Assembly (NCBI GenBank): GCA_046757525.1
Contig: JBHHYI010000075.1
Coordinates: forward strand, 1-19,645
Direction: 5' to 3'
From: a bacterium
Lineage (GTDB): Bacteria > Zhuqueibacterota > Zhuqueibacteria > Oceanimicrobiales > Oceanimicrobiaceae
DNA length: 19,645 nt
The first letter of the stretch is position 1. Every line of letters begins with the position of its first letter. This document shows positions 1 through 8,438 of this stretch, one piece after another. Made by a program: the position numbers and the translations under genes. Under the pieces are notes generated by a model. That model was not told the DNA's origin and did not search any database. It was given only the letters and a program-made list of their open reading frames with translations.

Positions 1-290
1 TAACATTTTAGACTGCTATGCCAACACGCGACCTTCATCCACAATCTTTAACATCAGCCCTGAATGTGAGTTAGACAGGCTTTTAAACCTATAATTTACA
101 TTCATTATTTTAAAGAAACAATAGTTTTTTGTTTCAAACAGGCCTTGGTGGACTATGTCCCTAAGTCTTTAAAATTCTGCGAATTATTCATTAAGAAAAT
201 AATTCAATTACGATTTACGCATTTTTAGCTTTCGCAGTTATTTTATAACCAGAAATTAATGTAGATTAATAACCAGCGAAATTTGAAATT

Positions 291-1046
291 ATGAAAACGA
301 AACATTCATTTTTGAAAAGGCTTGCCGCTGCGTTCCTGGCCCTGGTAGTCACCGCAGGCTGGGGGGCATCCGCCGGGTATTGCCAGGCGAGTTCAGACAA
401 ACAAAACGATCATTTGGTGGTAAATTCGAATCCGGCCGGGGCAGTGGTCACTTTAGAGGGGGAGTATAAAGTGACGGGCAGAACCCCATTTACAGTTACC
501 TTCCCGCTGGTCGGAAAGTACCACATTCGAGCGGCCAAGCAAGGCTACGAAAGTTGGTCCACCAAGGTCTTTTTGACCGGCAACAGCGAAAGCAATCTGT
601 CAATCTCGTTGAAAAGACTCTCGCGGGCAAAATCTGCTCTACGTTCGTTTTTTGTTCCCGGCTGGGGACAATTTTACTCTGACCGAAAGTTCCACGCGTT
701 CCTGTTTGCTTCCATGGGCGTTGCTGCGGGGGCCTATTCTATTTTCAGACAGATCGATTATAAAGACGAAATCGACAAGTTTAATCGATTAAAGGACCAG
801 GTTAGCCAGTCCACGGTGTCCCTGCAAGATCTAAACAAACAGTTTGACAAAATCGAAGATGCGGATTCTGAGAGAAAAAAGGCCTTCGTAATATTAGGTG
901 CGGTTTGGTTTTACAACTTTTTGGACGCGCTCATCTTTTTCCCCTCGCACGAGGGCCAGCTAAATGTCTCTTCGAATAAGAGATTCCAAATTTCGCAAAA
1001 TGTTTCAAAAGACGCTGTAGAGTTAGGGGTAAAAGTACAATTCTAA
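291..1046 (+). CDS. Secreted PEGA-domain protein with C-terminal DUF5683-like membrane region
   Basis: 251 aa with an N-terminal signal peptide (MKTKHSFLKR-LAAAFLALVV). It has a PEGA-like segment (LVVNSNPAGAVVTL..GRTP...GKYHIRAAKQGYE) and the motif KSALRSFFVPGWGQFY. Hydrophobic helices follow, then VWFYNFLDA and a terminal Phe. Confidence 0.75.
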   Translation: MKTKHSFLKRLAAAFLALVVTAGWGASAGYCQASSDKQNDHLVVNSNPAGAVVTLEGEYKVTGRTPFTVTFPLVGKYHIRAAKQGYESWSTKVFLTGNSESNLSISLKRLSRAKSALRSFFVPGWGQFYSDRKFHAFLFASMGVAAGAYSIFRQIDYKDEIDKFNRLKDQVSQSTVSLQDLNKQFDKIEDADSERKKAFVILGAVWFYNFLDALIFFPSHEGQLNVSSNKRFQISQNVSKDAVELGVKVQF

Positions 1047-1067
1047 GAGGTTTTATTGGGTATTAAT

Positions 1068-2618
1068 ATGAAAATGAGATATTCAACCATCCTATTATTC
1101 ACAGTTTTGTTTGCAGTGGCGTGTGCTAAAAAACCCACAGCACCCAGTGAGGTGCCTACGGACTTGTTTCCGCAGAAGCCATTCAATCTCAAAGCACAGG
1201 TCGCCGATGAAACTGTAAATTTGTCCTGGGAGATTTCCGATCCGTCCAACATTCTCAACTACAATGTGTACCGAAAGAGCGAAGCCGATTCGGTGTTGAA
1301 GTTGATTGCAGCCACCGAGGCGCAGAATTTTACAGATACGGGTCTGGGAAACGGCGTCGAATATGTTTACAAGGTGTCCGCCGTCGACCAGAACCGATTT
1401 GAAGGGGAGCTGAGTGAGGCCATCAAGGCGGTGCCCAATCTGTTTTCGGTCATCATTGAATCGAATGCCGAGTACACCAATACGCCATCGGTTTCATTGA
1501 CGTTTACCGCCCCCGATCGCACCAGCTTTGTCAAGGTTAGCAATGACTCCACTTTGGCAGGTGGGCAATTTGAGTCGTTCGTCAGTTCCAAGACCTGGCA
1601 GTTGAGTTCGGGCGATGGCGTCAAGACGGTTTACGCGGTTTTTCGAGACGAGTTTGGCAACGAGACTTCCCCGCCGGTGACGGATTCCATCATACTGGAC
1701 ACGGAGGCTCTGATTCTGCGGGTCACCGAAAATACCGGTGGACGCGTGGTTACCAGCGGCGAAACGATTCATTTCACGCTGGAGTCGCAGGAATTGAACG
1801 GTACGGCTGCGGTGACTTTGCAGGACGGCCCGACCATCGCCCTCTTCGACGACGGCAGGGCCGGGGACCCTGTGGCTGAGGACGGTGTCTACGAGCGTGA
1901 TTATGTTGTGCCTTTTGGCGTTCAGGTGACCAAAGCCGTGGTCACCGGACGCTTCGTAGACATTGCTCAGAATGAAGCTGACGCGGTCAATGCATCCGGT
2001 CTGGTTACGATTCAGACGCCGCCGTCGCCGGTGAATCTGTTTACGCCCAATCCCTCCGACGCTACGTTTTCCAGCGTGCAACTGAGCTGGTCAGAGAATA
2101 CGGATTCGGACTTCAGCGAATACCGGATTTACCGCTCCAAAAGTGCCGGGGTCAACCTGCAGTCGACCTTCGTGGCTTCTCTGGCGCAGCAGTCCACGAC
2201 GAATTTCGAGGACACCGGGCTTGACGAGAATACGACCTACTTCTACAAAGTATATGTTTTCGACAATTTTGGTCTTTCAGCGGAAAGCAACGAAGTTTCG
2301 GTGACGACCAAGAGCAACGATCCGCCCACGGCAGTCACTTTGTTCCAGCCAGCGCCGGTGGCCAACGTCGCCAACGCCCTGGATGTGTCCTGGACGCAGA
2401 ATTCCGACAGCGATTTCTCGCAGTATCGCGTTTACAGGAGCACGTCACCTGGCGTCGATTTGACCTCGAGTCTGGTGACATCCATATTCTCGCAAACCAC
2501 GACAAATTTTCAGGACACAGACTTAGTGTCTGGCACTACCTATTACTACCGAGTATATGTCTTCGATACCGACGGTTTATCAACGGGCAGTAATGAGGAG
2601 AGTGCAACAGTAAAATGA
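1068..2618 (+). CDS. Fibronectin type III repeat lipoprotein with an Ig-like domain and a choice-of-anchor X-like motif
   Basis: Lipobox VLFAVA-C and three FN3 domains (LSW..Y.VYR..F.DT.L..G..Y.Y.V). Also an Ig-like segment (YTNTPSVSL..WQLSSGDGVKTVY..RD..GN) and the acidic motif LFDDGRAGDPVAEDGVY. ATG 1068 was chosen as start; TTG 1056 and ATG 1074 are alternatives. Confidence 0.8.
   Translation: MKMRYSTILLFTVLFAVACAKKPTAPSEVPTDLFPQKPFNLKAQVADETVNLSWEISDPSNILNYNVYRKSEADSVLKLIAATEAQNFTDTGLGNGVEYVYKVSAVDQNRFEGELSEAIKAVPNLFSVIIESNAEYTNTPSVSLTFTAPDRTSFVKVSNDSTLAGGQFESFVSSKTWQLSSGDGVKTVYAVFRDEFGNETSPPVTDSIILDTEALILRVTENTGGRVVTSGETIHFTLESQELNGTAAVTLQDGPTIALFDDGRAGDPVAEDGVYERDYVVPFGVQVTKAVVTGRFVDIAQNEADAVNASGLVTIQTPPSPVNLFTPNPSDATFSSVQLSWSENTDSDFSEYRIYRSKSAGVNLQSTFVASLAQQSTTNFEDTGLDENTTYFYKVYVFDNFGLSAESNEVSVTTKSNDPPTAVTLFQPAPVANVANALDVSWTQNSDSDFSQYRVYRSTSPGVDLTSSLVTSIFSQTTTNFQDTDLVSGTTYYYRVYVFDTDGLSTGSNEESATVK
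2019..2615 (+). repeat. Tandem intragenic duplication of an FN3 domain (unit 303 nt / 101 aa)
   Basis: PPSPVNLF..SWSENTDSDFSEYRIYRS..TTNFEDT.L..TTYFYKVYVFD..GLS..SNE (from 2019) aligns with PPTAVTLF..SWTQNSDSDFSQYRVYRS..TTNFQDT.L..TTYYYRVYVFD..GLS..SNE (from 2322). Confidence 0.85.
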
Positions 2619-3610
2619 AAATCAAACGCACGTTAAAACAACAAAGAGACTTTAGAGGTACGATGTTTCCAAATACAAGCAAATTCGTTACAGCGGTGGC
2701 TCTTTTATTGACCTTGTTCAATGGGGCTGGTTTGGCGCAGGAGTACAAAATTGAGCCGTTAGACAAATTGCAGATTTCCTTTTGGGAAGACAAGGACTTG
2801 AACACCGAGACCAAGGTCAAATTGAACGGAGAGATCGTCCTGCCGGTGATTGGAGCCATCAGAGCCGCCGGTTTGACGCCTGCGGAATTAGGGTCCAACA
2901 TTGCCGAAAAAATGTCCCGTTTTGGAAAATTGGTGTCTAATGTGAATGTGGCCATCACGGAGTTTGGCAGCAAACGGGTGTTTGTGACCGGCGAAGTCAA
3001 GAATCCAGGCAAGTATTCTTTCGAAGTCATTCCCAATGTTTGGGAGATATTGCAAGAAGCAGGTGGTCCGACCTCGGCGGCCATGCTGGATCAGGTGGTC
3101 ATCGTCAGGCGCGAGGGCGGGGGGGAGATCATCGAAGCGCAAGTGGCATCGGCGTTGGAATCGGGGGAGTTGAACAAATTGCCAAAAGTGCGTCCCGGGG
3201 ACACCATCAATGTTCCCGGCTCCGACGAATCGGGCGGCGGTTCCTCCTCTCCGTTGCGAAAACGCCAGGTGGTTTATGTGTTTGGCGCGGTTGGGAATCC
3301 CGGGCCGCATTTTATCGAGAAAGACATGGACATCCTGGAAGCCCTGGTCAAAGCAGGGGGGCCGACTAACGAGGCCAAGTTGGATGAAGTGACCTACGTG
3401 TCCAAGGTCGGCAAGAATCCAACCACCACCAAAGTGAATGTGAAAAAGTATTTGGAGAAATCCGTGCCCAATGCCATTAAAGTCAACGCCGGCGACTCCA
3501 TTTATGTCCCTGCGAACCAGAACCGAGGCAACAGCCTCACCAGCACGCTGGTGAGAGTCACGGCCGGCGCAGTCATTTCAACCTTAATAATAACAACGAT
3601 TGCCAGATGA
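2615..3610 (+). CDS. wza: Polysaccharide export protein (Wza/OPX family; Poly_export plus two SLBB domains)
   Basis: PES-like motif V..NGEIVLPVIGAIRAAGLTPAEL, two SLBB repeats (VFVTGEVKNPG..AGG and VYVFGAVGNPG..AGG) and a hydrophobic C-terminal helix. ATG 2615 overlaps the upstream stop (ATGA). ATG 2663, preceded by AGAGG, gives a cleaner signal peptide and may be the true start. Confidence 0.88.
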   Translation: MKIKRTLKQQRDFRGTMFPNTSKFVTAVALLLTLFNGAGLAQEYKIEPLDKLQISFWEDKDLNTETKVKLNGEIVLPVIGAIRAAGLTPAELGSNIAEKMSRFGKLVSNVNVAITEFGSKRVFVTGEVKNPGKYSFEVIPNVWEILQEAGGPTSAAMLDQVVIVRREGGGEIIEAQVASALESGELNKLPKVRPGDTINVPGSDESGGGSSSPLRKRQVVYVFGAVGNPGPHFIEKDMDILEALVKAGGPTNEAKLDEVTYVSKVGKNPTTTKVNVKKYLEKSVPNAIKVNAGDSIYVPANQNRGNSLTSTLVRVTAGAVISTLIITTIAR

Positions 3611-5118
3611 ATTTATTTGACAGGAGAAACAACCTGGTCTTTCGGGATTACCTGCGAATCCTGTACAAGCGGAAATGGTGGGGCGTCGTTCCCCTGGTGG
3701 TCACGATTGCGGTGGGGTTGTTCTTGAGCACGTTGAAGAAGCCAACCTACAAGAGCACGACCTTGCTGCGCATTGCGGAAAATCAGGAATTTTCTATTAG
3801 TTTGAAGAAGCTGATGCCCTCCGGCCGCGGCAAAGGCACCGACATCAAACAAATTGCAAAGGAGCTCACCAGCAGCAGGTACATCGTGAAATTGATCGAG
3901 CGCTTGAAGTTAAAGCCGGATGAAAAGCTGTTTAAGCAAGCGCAGGAGATTCACGCCCAGTTTCCGGAAAAGAACATTGACGAGATCATGCGGGAGCTCC
4001 AGGTTGACAAAATCAAAAGAAAAATCTATGCGAAAAGCATGGGGACCAGCTTGATCGAAATTGGCGTGACTTCCCAGGATCCAGACAGATGTTATTTGGC
4101 CGCCAAGACTCTGGTGGACATCTTCATCGAAGAAGCCATGAAAGGTCAAATGAAGGCCCTAAAGCATGCGTTGAAGTTCAGCGACGACCAAATCGCCTAT
4201 TACAAACAAAAACTCGAAACCGCGCAGAAGAGATTGGAGGAGCTTAACAAGACCATATCCGTCCAGAAGGTGGACAACGAGGGGCTGGATCAAGCTGCCA
4301 TCGACCGAATTGAGGAAGCTCTGGCTACTGTGGACATCCGCATCGATGAGTTGAATAAGCAACTGCAAGAAGTCGAGAGTGAAATCCCGGGTGGCAGGAA
4401 TCCCGGGACGCCACCGGAGAGGCCCACCATGACCAATCTCCAGCAGAAGATCTACAACAAGATCAATCGTACGGCGCTCCTAATGAACCAGTTCTCCTGG
4501 AAGGATCCGCAAATCATTCAACTCAATCGAGATATCGACGGTTTGCGAGAACTATGGGAAGCTGAAATAAGCAAGAGCTATCGGGTGATTCTCTCCGGTT
4601 CGGACCTGAAGTATTTGGACAAGTTTATTGCAAAAACCATGGTGCTTTTCGACCTGGATGTCTGGAATCACAGGAAAGAAGCGTTGCAGACGGTCATGGA
4701 TGAGCACAAGAAATATGTGGCGCAAGGTCCGGTGCAACAACAAGACCTGACCAAGCTACAAGACGAAGTTGATCAAATGAAGACCATTTACAATTCTCTG
4801 ATCGAGCAGTCGCAAGGCACGCAGTTAAAAGAAGCCATGCAACAGGCGGATTTGGGCAATCGTTACCAAATCCTGGAACCTGCCCGGAAACCCGTGGTGC
4901 CCTTAAGTGCTGGCTCAAATATGATGTTGGCGCTTACCGGGATGATGGCGCTGGCCTTTGGGTTCGGCAGCATTTTTTTGGTAGAGTTTCTGGACAACAG
5001 TGTTAGAACGGTTGAGGAGGCTGAGAAGGAATTCAATATCCCGGTCATCGGTGTGGTGCCAAACCTGCAAGAAAAACACAATCCCAACCATAAGCACAAT
5101 GTGCGGGTCATTGGGTAG
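3607..5118 (+). CDS. Polysaccharide co-polymerase / chain-length determinant (Wzc N-terminal part, GumC-like)
   Basis: N-terminal DYLRILYKRKW followed by a TM helix and PTYKST. A long coiled-coil periplasmic region leads to ILEPA..P, a second TM helix and EFLDNSVRTVEE..IPVIGVVP. ATGA overlap with wza. Confidence 0.9.
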   Translation: MNLFDRRNNLVFRDYLRILYKRKWWGVVPLVVTIAVGLFLSTLKKPTYKSTTLLRIAENQEFSISLKKLMPSGRGKGTDIKQIAKELTSSRYIVKLIERLKLKPDEKLFKQAQEIHAQFPEKNIDEIMRELQVDKIKRKIYAKSMGTSLIEIGVTSQDPDRCYLAAKTLVDIFIEEAMKGQMKALKHALKFSDDQIAYYKQKLETAQKRLEELNKTISVQKVDNEGLDQAAIDRIEEALATVDIRIDELNKQLQEVESEIPGGRNPGTPPERPTMTNLQQKIYNKINRTALLMNQFSWKDPQIIQLNRDIDGLRELWEAEISKSYRVILSGSDLKYLDKFIAKTMVLFDLDVWNHRKEALQTVMDEHKKYVAQGPVQQQDLTKLQDEVDQMKTIYNSLIEQSQGTQLKEAMQQADLGNRYQILEPARKPVVPLSAGSNMMLALTGMMALAFGFGSIFLVEFLDNSVRTVEEAEKEFNIPVIGVVPNLQEKHNPNHKHNVRVIG

Positions 5119-5196
5119 GGAGATTTTTAAGCCAAAGCAAAAAATGGTCGGGGCACAAAGGGAGAGGAAGAATTCTAAAATAGGAGTAAAGTAGAC

Positions 5197-5913
5197 GTGC
5201 TTTTTGGTAAACAAGTACAGAATGAATGTTTACCCATATCCAAAGAATACAATGATTCACCTTCTAACACTGAGTTTCAGAGATTAGTTGCTAAGCTCGA
5301 CTCTCTGCGCAACGGTCAGGACAAACAGGCTGTCCTCATTACCAGTGCTTTGATGGGTGAGGGTAAAAGTACCATATCTTCCCGTTTGGCCATGGCGATT
5401 GCCCGCAATCGCATGGTCGCTACGTTGTTGGTGGATATGGACTTGCGCCGGCCGAGTCAACACAAAGTCTTCGGCATGAAGCCCAATTTAGGGGTCGTAG
5501 ACTGTCTGGAAGGCCGTGTGTCCTTAGAGTGGTGCATCAAGAAAACGCAAGTCCCTAACCTCAAATTATTAACCAGCGGGAGTTTGAAAAGCAATCCGTT
5601 GGAGCTGCTCACCATCGAGAACCTCAAGCGTTTTTTGGAACAACTGAAGAGTCATTTTGACTACATTATCCTGGACACGGCACCCATCATACCGGTCAGC
5701 GATCCTTTAATCCTCGGCAGATTAGTTGATGAGGTTATCATAGTGATTAAGGCAGGCCAAACGTCCAAGAAGATGGTGGGTCGAGCTCTTGAAATGATGG
5801 AAAAGGTCAACGTGAAAGTCAGCGGGTTTATTCTGAATAACCTCATGGACATACTGCCCTATTACTACAATCACAATTTTTATCAATATGATTATTACAC
5901 GACCAAATATTAG
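5197..5913 (+). CDS. BY-kinase, CpsD/CapB family tyrosine-protein kinase
   Basis: Walker A ITSALMGEGKST, Walker A' LLVDMDLRRP, Walker B IILDTAP and the C-terminal Tyr cluster YYYNHNFYQYDYYTTKY. GTG start with AGGAG at 5182-5186. Confidence 0.93.
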   Translation: MLFGKQVQNECLPISKEYNDSPSNTEFQRLVAKLDSLRNGQDKQAVLITSALMGEGKSTISSRLAMAIARNRMVATLLVDMDLRRPSQHKVFGMKPNLGVVDCLEGRVSLEWCIKKTQVPNLKLLTSGSLKSNPLELLTIENLKRFLEQLKSHFDYIILDTAPIIPVSDPLILGRLVDEVIIVIKAGQTSKKMVGRALEMMEKVNVKVSGFILNNLMDILPYYYNHNFYQYDYYTTKY

Positions 5914-5951
5914 CCTGTTCGTCACAGGTTCGGTTGAAAACAGTGGAGCGT

Positions 5952-7130
5952 ATGTTCATTCCTTTTTGCCGACATAGTGTTGCAGAAGACGAAGCAACCG
6001 CGGTTTTGGATGCCCTGCACTCAGACTGGTTGACCACAGGCCCCAAGACCAGGGAATTCGAGCGCGACTTTGCCAATTATATCGGCGTGCAACATGCGGT
6101 TGCTCTCAATTCTTGCACTGCGGCCTTGCACCTGGCTCTGTTGGCGCATGGGGTAAGTCCTGGAGACGAGGTGATCACTACGCCTCTCACCTTTTGTGCC
6201 ACGGCGGAGGCCATCGAATATTGTGGGGCACACCCGGTGTTTGTCGACGTTGATCCCGGCAGCTTTAACATTGACGCCAATTTGATCGAAGCCAGCATTT
6301 CGGCCAGGACCCGATGCATTCTGCCGGTTCATTATGGGGGAATCCCTTGCGAATTAGAGGCTATTTACCGGATCGCTGACCGGCATAATCTGCTGGTGAT
6401 TGAAGATGCTGCTCATGCGCTGGGCAGTCGCTACCACAATGAGATCATAGGAAGTTTTGGGAAACCTGCGTGTTTCAGTTTTTACGCCACCAAGAACATC
6501 ACCACCGGCGAGGGCGGCATGGTGACGCTCAACGACTCCGAGACTGCTGAAAAGATCAAGCTCTTAGGGTTGCACGGGATGTCGAAGGATGCCTGGCGAA
6601 GATATTCAAAACACGGCACCTGGCGCTATGAAATCAACGAATTGGGCTACAAGTACAACATGCCGGATATGCAGGCGGCATTGGGGATTTGCCAACTGAA
6701 GAAGCTGGAGACCTTCAATAGCATTCGGCAAAAACGGGCGAAGATGTATTTTGAAATTCTCAGGGAATGCGAGGAGGTTTCAATGCCGGCCTGGTATGAC
6801 GACTATTTCTTGCGGCTCATCCATTCAGGCACACTGAATTCGTGGCATTTGTTTGTGATCCTGTTGAATGAGGATCGTGTCACCATCAATCGGGACCGTC
6901 TGATTGAGGAATTAAAAGAGCAAGGCATTGGCACCAGTGTTCACTTCATTCCGCTGCATTTGCAACCTTATTATGCGCGCAAATATGGATTCCGGCGTGG
7001 CCGCTATCCGGTTGCGGAATCCATTTTCGAAAGAGTTGTTTCGCTACCAATATATCCCAGGTTGACGGAGCAGGACATTTTATTCATCACCGAAAGGTTG
7101 CAAAAAATATTGTGCAAACACAGAAAGTGA
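5952..7130 (+). CDS. DegT/DnrJ/EryC1/StrS family PLP-dependent nucleotide-sugar 4-aminotransferase (ArnB/PseC-like)
   Basis: Motifs WLTTGPK, NSCTAALHLAL, LPVHYGG, IEDAAHALG, SFYATKNITTGEGG (PLP lysine), GYKYNM and VHFIPLH. ATG 5952 preceded by GGAG is preferred to TTG 5934. Confidence 0.93.
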   Translation: MFIPFCRHSVAEDEATAVLDALHSDWLTTGPKTREFERDFANYIGVQHAVALNSCTAALHLALLAHGVSPGDEVITTPLTFCATAEAIEYCGAHPVFVDVDPGSFNIDANLIEASISARTRCILPVHYGGIPCELEAIYRIADRHNLLVIEDAAHALGSRYHNEIIGSFGKPACFSFYATKNITTGEGGMVTLNDSETAEKIKLLGLHGMSKDAWRRYSKHGTWRYEINELGYKYNMPDMQAALGICQLKKLETFNSIRQKRAKMYFEILRECEEVSMPAWYDDYFLRLIHSGTLNSWHLFVILLNEDRVTINRDRLIEELKEQGIGTSVHFIPLHLQPYYARKYGFRRGRYPVAESIFERVVSLPIYPRLTEQDILFITERLQKILCKHRK

Positions 7131-7131
7131 T

Positions 7132-7719
7132 ATGGGGATCGTGCAAGAATCTGAGTATGTCGGGAAGAGATTGTTAGACCTCTTTTTTTCGGTGATCCTG
7201 CTGGTCCTGAGCGTGCCGCTTTTCTTGTTAATCGCAATTGCGATCAAGCTTGAAAGCAAGGGCCCGGTATTCTACCGGCACCTCAGGGTTGGCAAATTCG
7301 GCAGGAATTTTCGCATGTGGAAGTTTCGCACCATGGTTCAGGGCGCGGACAAAATGGGAAGCGGGCTAACCCAATATAGCGACCCCAGGATTACAAAGGT
7401 GGGCAAATTCCTACGGCGATTTAGTTTTGATGAGCTGCCGCAAATCATCAATGTTGTCGTGGGCGACATGAGTCTCATTGGTCCGCGTCCCGAGATTTTC
7501 GAAATCGTGAACCTGTATACGGCGCAGCAGAGGGAAGCTCTCAACGTGCGCCCGGGCATCACGGGGTTAACGCAAATCAATGGTCGCGACAATTTGCCGC
7601 TGGATGCAAAGCTCGAGATCGAGAGAGAGTATGTTCACAACAATTCACTTTGGCTGGATTTGAAGATTCTATGGCTGACGTTCCCGGCCGTTTGGTCTGG
7701 CGAGGGTGCGAGATATTAA
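7132..7719 (+). CDS. Monotopic phosphoglycosyltransferase (bacterial sugar transferase, PglC-like), initiating enzyme
   Basis: Motifs KRLLD, GPVFY..RVG, KFRTM, DPRITKVGKFLR, FDELPQ (intact Asp-Glu dyad D100-E101), MSLIGPRPE, RPGITGLTQ and SLWLDLKIL. Confidence 0.95.
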   Translation: MGIVQESEYVGKRLLDLFFSVILLVLSVPLFLLIAIAIKLESKGPVFYRHLRVGKFGRNFRMWKFRTMVQGADKMGSGLTQYSDPRITKVGKFLRRFSFDELPQIINVVVGDMSLIGPRPEIFEIVNLYTAQQREALNVRPGITGLTQINGRDNLPLDAKLEIEREYVHNNSLWLDLKILWLTFPAVWSGEGARY

Positions 7720-7739
7720 GAATTAATGAGGTGAGGATA

Positions 7740-8402
7740 ATGAAGGTTTTGGTATTAGCGGCCCATCCCGACGATGAGGTTTTGGGATGTGGCGGCACGA
7801 TCGCACGACTCGGTGCCGAAGGTCATGAAATTACCACGGTGATCTTTTGCGAAAACGCCAGCGTGCGTTACAACAATACCATGAACGGCAAAATCGAGAA
7901 TATGGCCAGGGAGTGTGCCAAAGTTTTGGGGGTAAAAAATCCGGTGTTTTTGAGAATGCCCGATCAGAAATTGGACACCTATTCCGCCCTGGAAATGGCA
8001 CAGATGGTGGAAAGGGTCATCAAAGAGTACCAACCGGAGATGATTTTTACGCACCACGGCGGGGACATCAACGAAGATCATCAGGTGCTCTTCGAAGCGA
8101 CCATGGTGGCAACGAGACCTTTGCCCCTGGGAAAAATCAAGTCGATCATGACTTATGAGACGATCTCTTCCACGGAGTGGGGGGTGTCCAACTATCACTC
8201 GTCCTTTAGACCGAACGTGTTCTACGATATAAGCAAAACTCTGCCGGTGAAATTGCAAGCTTTTGGCTCCTATGTGTCAGAGATTCGCGAATTTCCGCAT
8301 CCACGTTCGATTGAAGCTATTGAAATACGGGCAAAGGATTGGGGGGCACGCGTCGGCGTGCCGGCTGTGGAACCCTTTCAACTCATCCGTTTGTTGAATT
8401 AA
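7740..8402 (+). CDS. PIG-L/LmbE family N-deacylase
   Basis: Motifs VLVLAAHPDDEVLGCGGTI, HHGGDINEDH, KLQAF..Y.SE and PHPRS. ATG 7740 follows GAGGTGAGG; the ORF-track start at 7650 overlaps the upstream gene. Confidence 0.92.
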   Translation: MKVLVLAAHPDDEVLGCGGTIARLGAEGHEITTVIFCENASVRYNNTMNGKIENMARECAKVLGVKNPVFLRMPDQKLDTYSALEMAQMVERVIKEYQPEMIFTHHGGDINEDHQVLFEATMVATRPLPLGKIKSIMTYETISSTEWGVSNYHSSFRPNVFYDISKTLPVKLQAFGSYVSEIREFPHPRSIEAIEIRAKDWGARVGVPAVEPFQLIRLLN

Positions 8403-8438
8403 TCTCGCAACCAGAAAGGTAGCCTTTGCAGCAACGCC

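Noticed and set aside
72..95. Sigma70 promoter TAGACA...TATAAT
   Set aside because: The spacer is only 12 nt.
5116..5197. Stop-codon read-through or a pseudogenised full-length wzc (the two ORFs share a frame)
   Set aside because: A second in-frame stop (TAA) follows four codons after the TAG, and the kinase has its own AGGAG, which fits a natural split.
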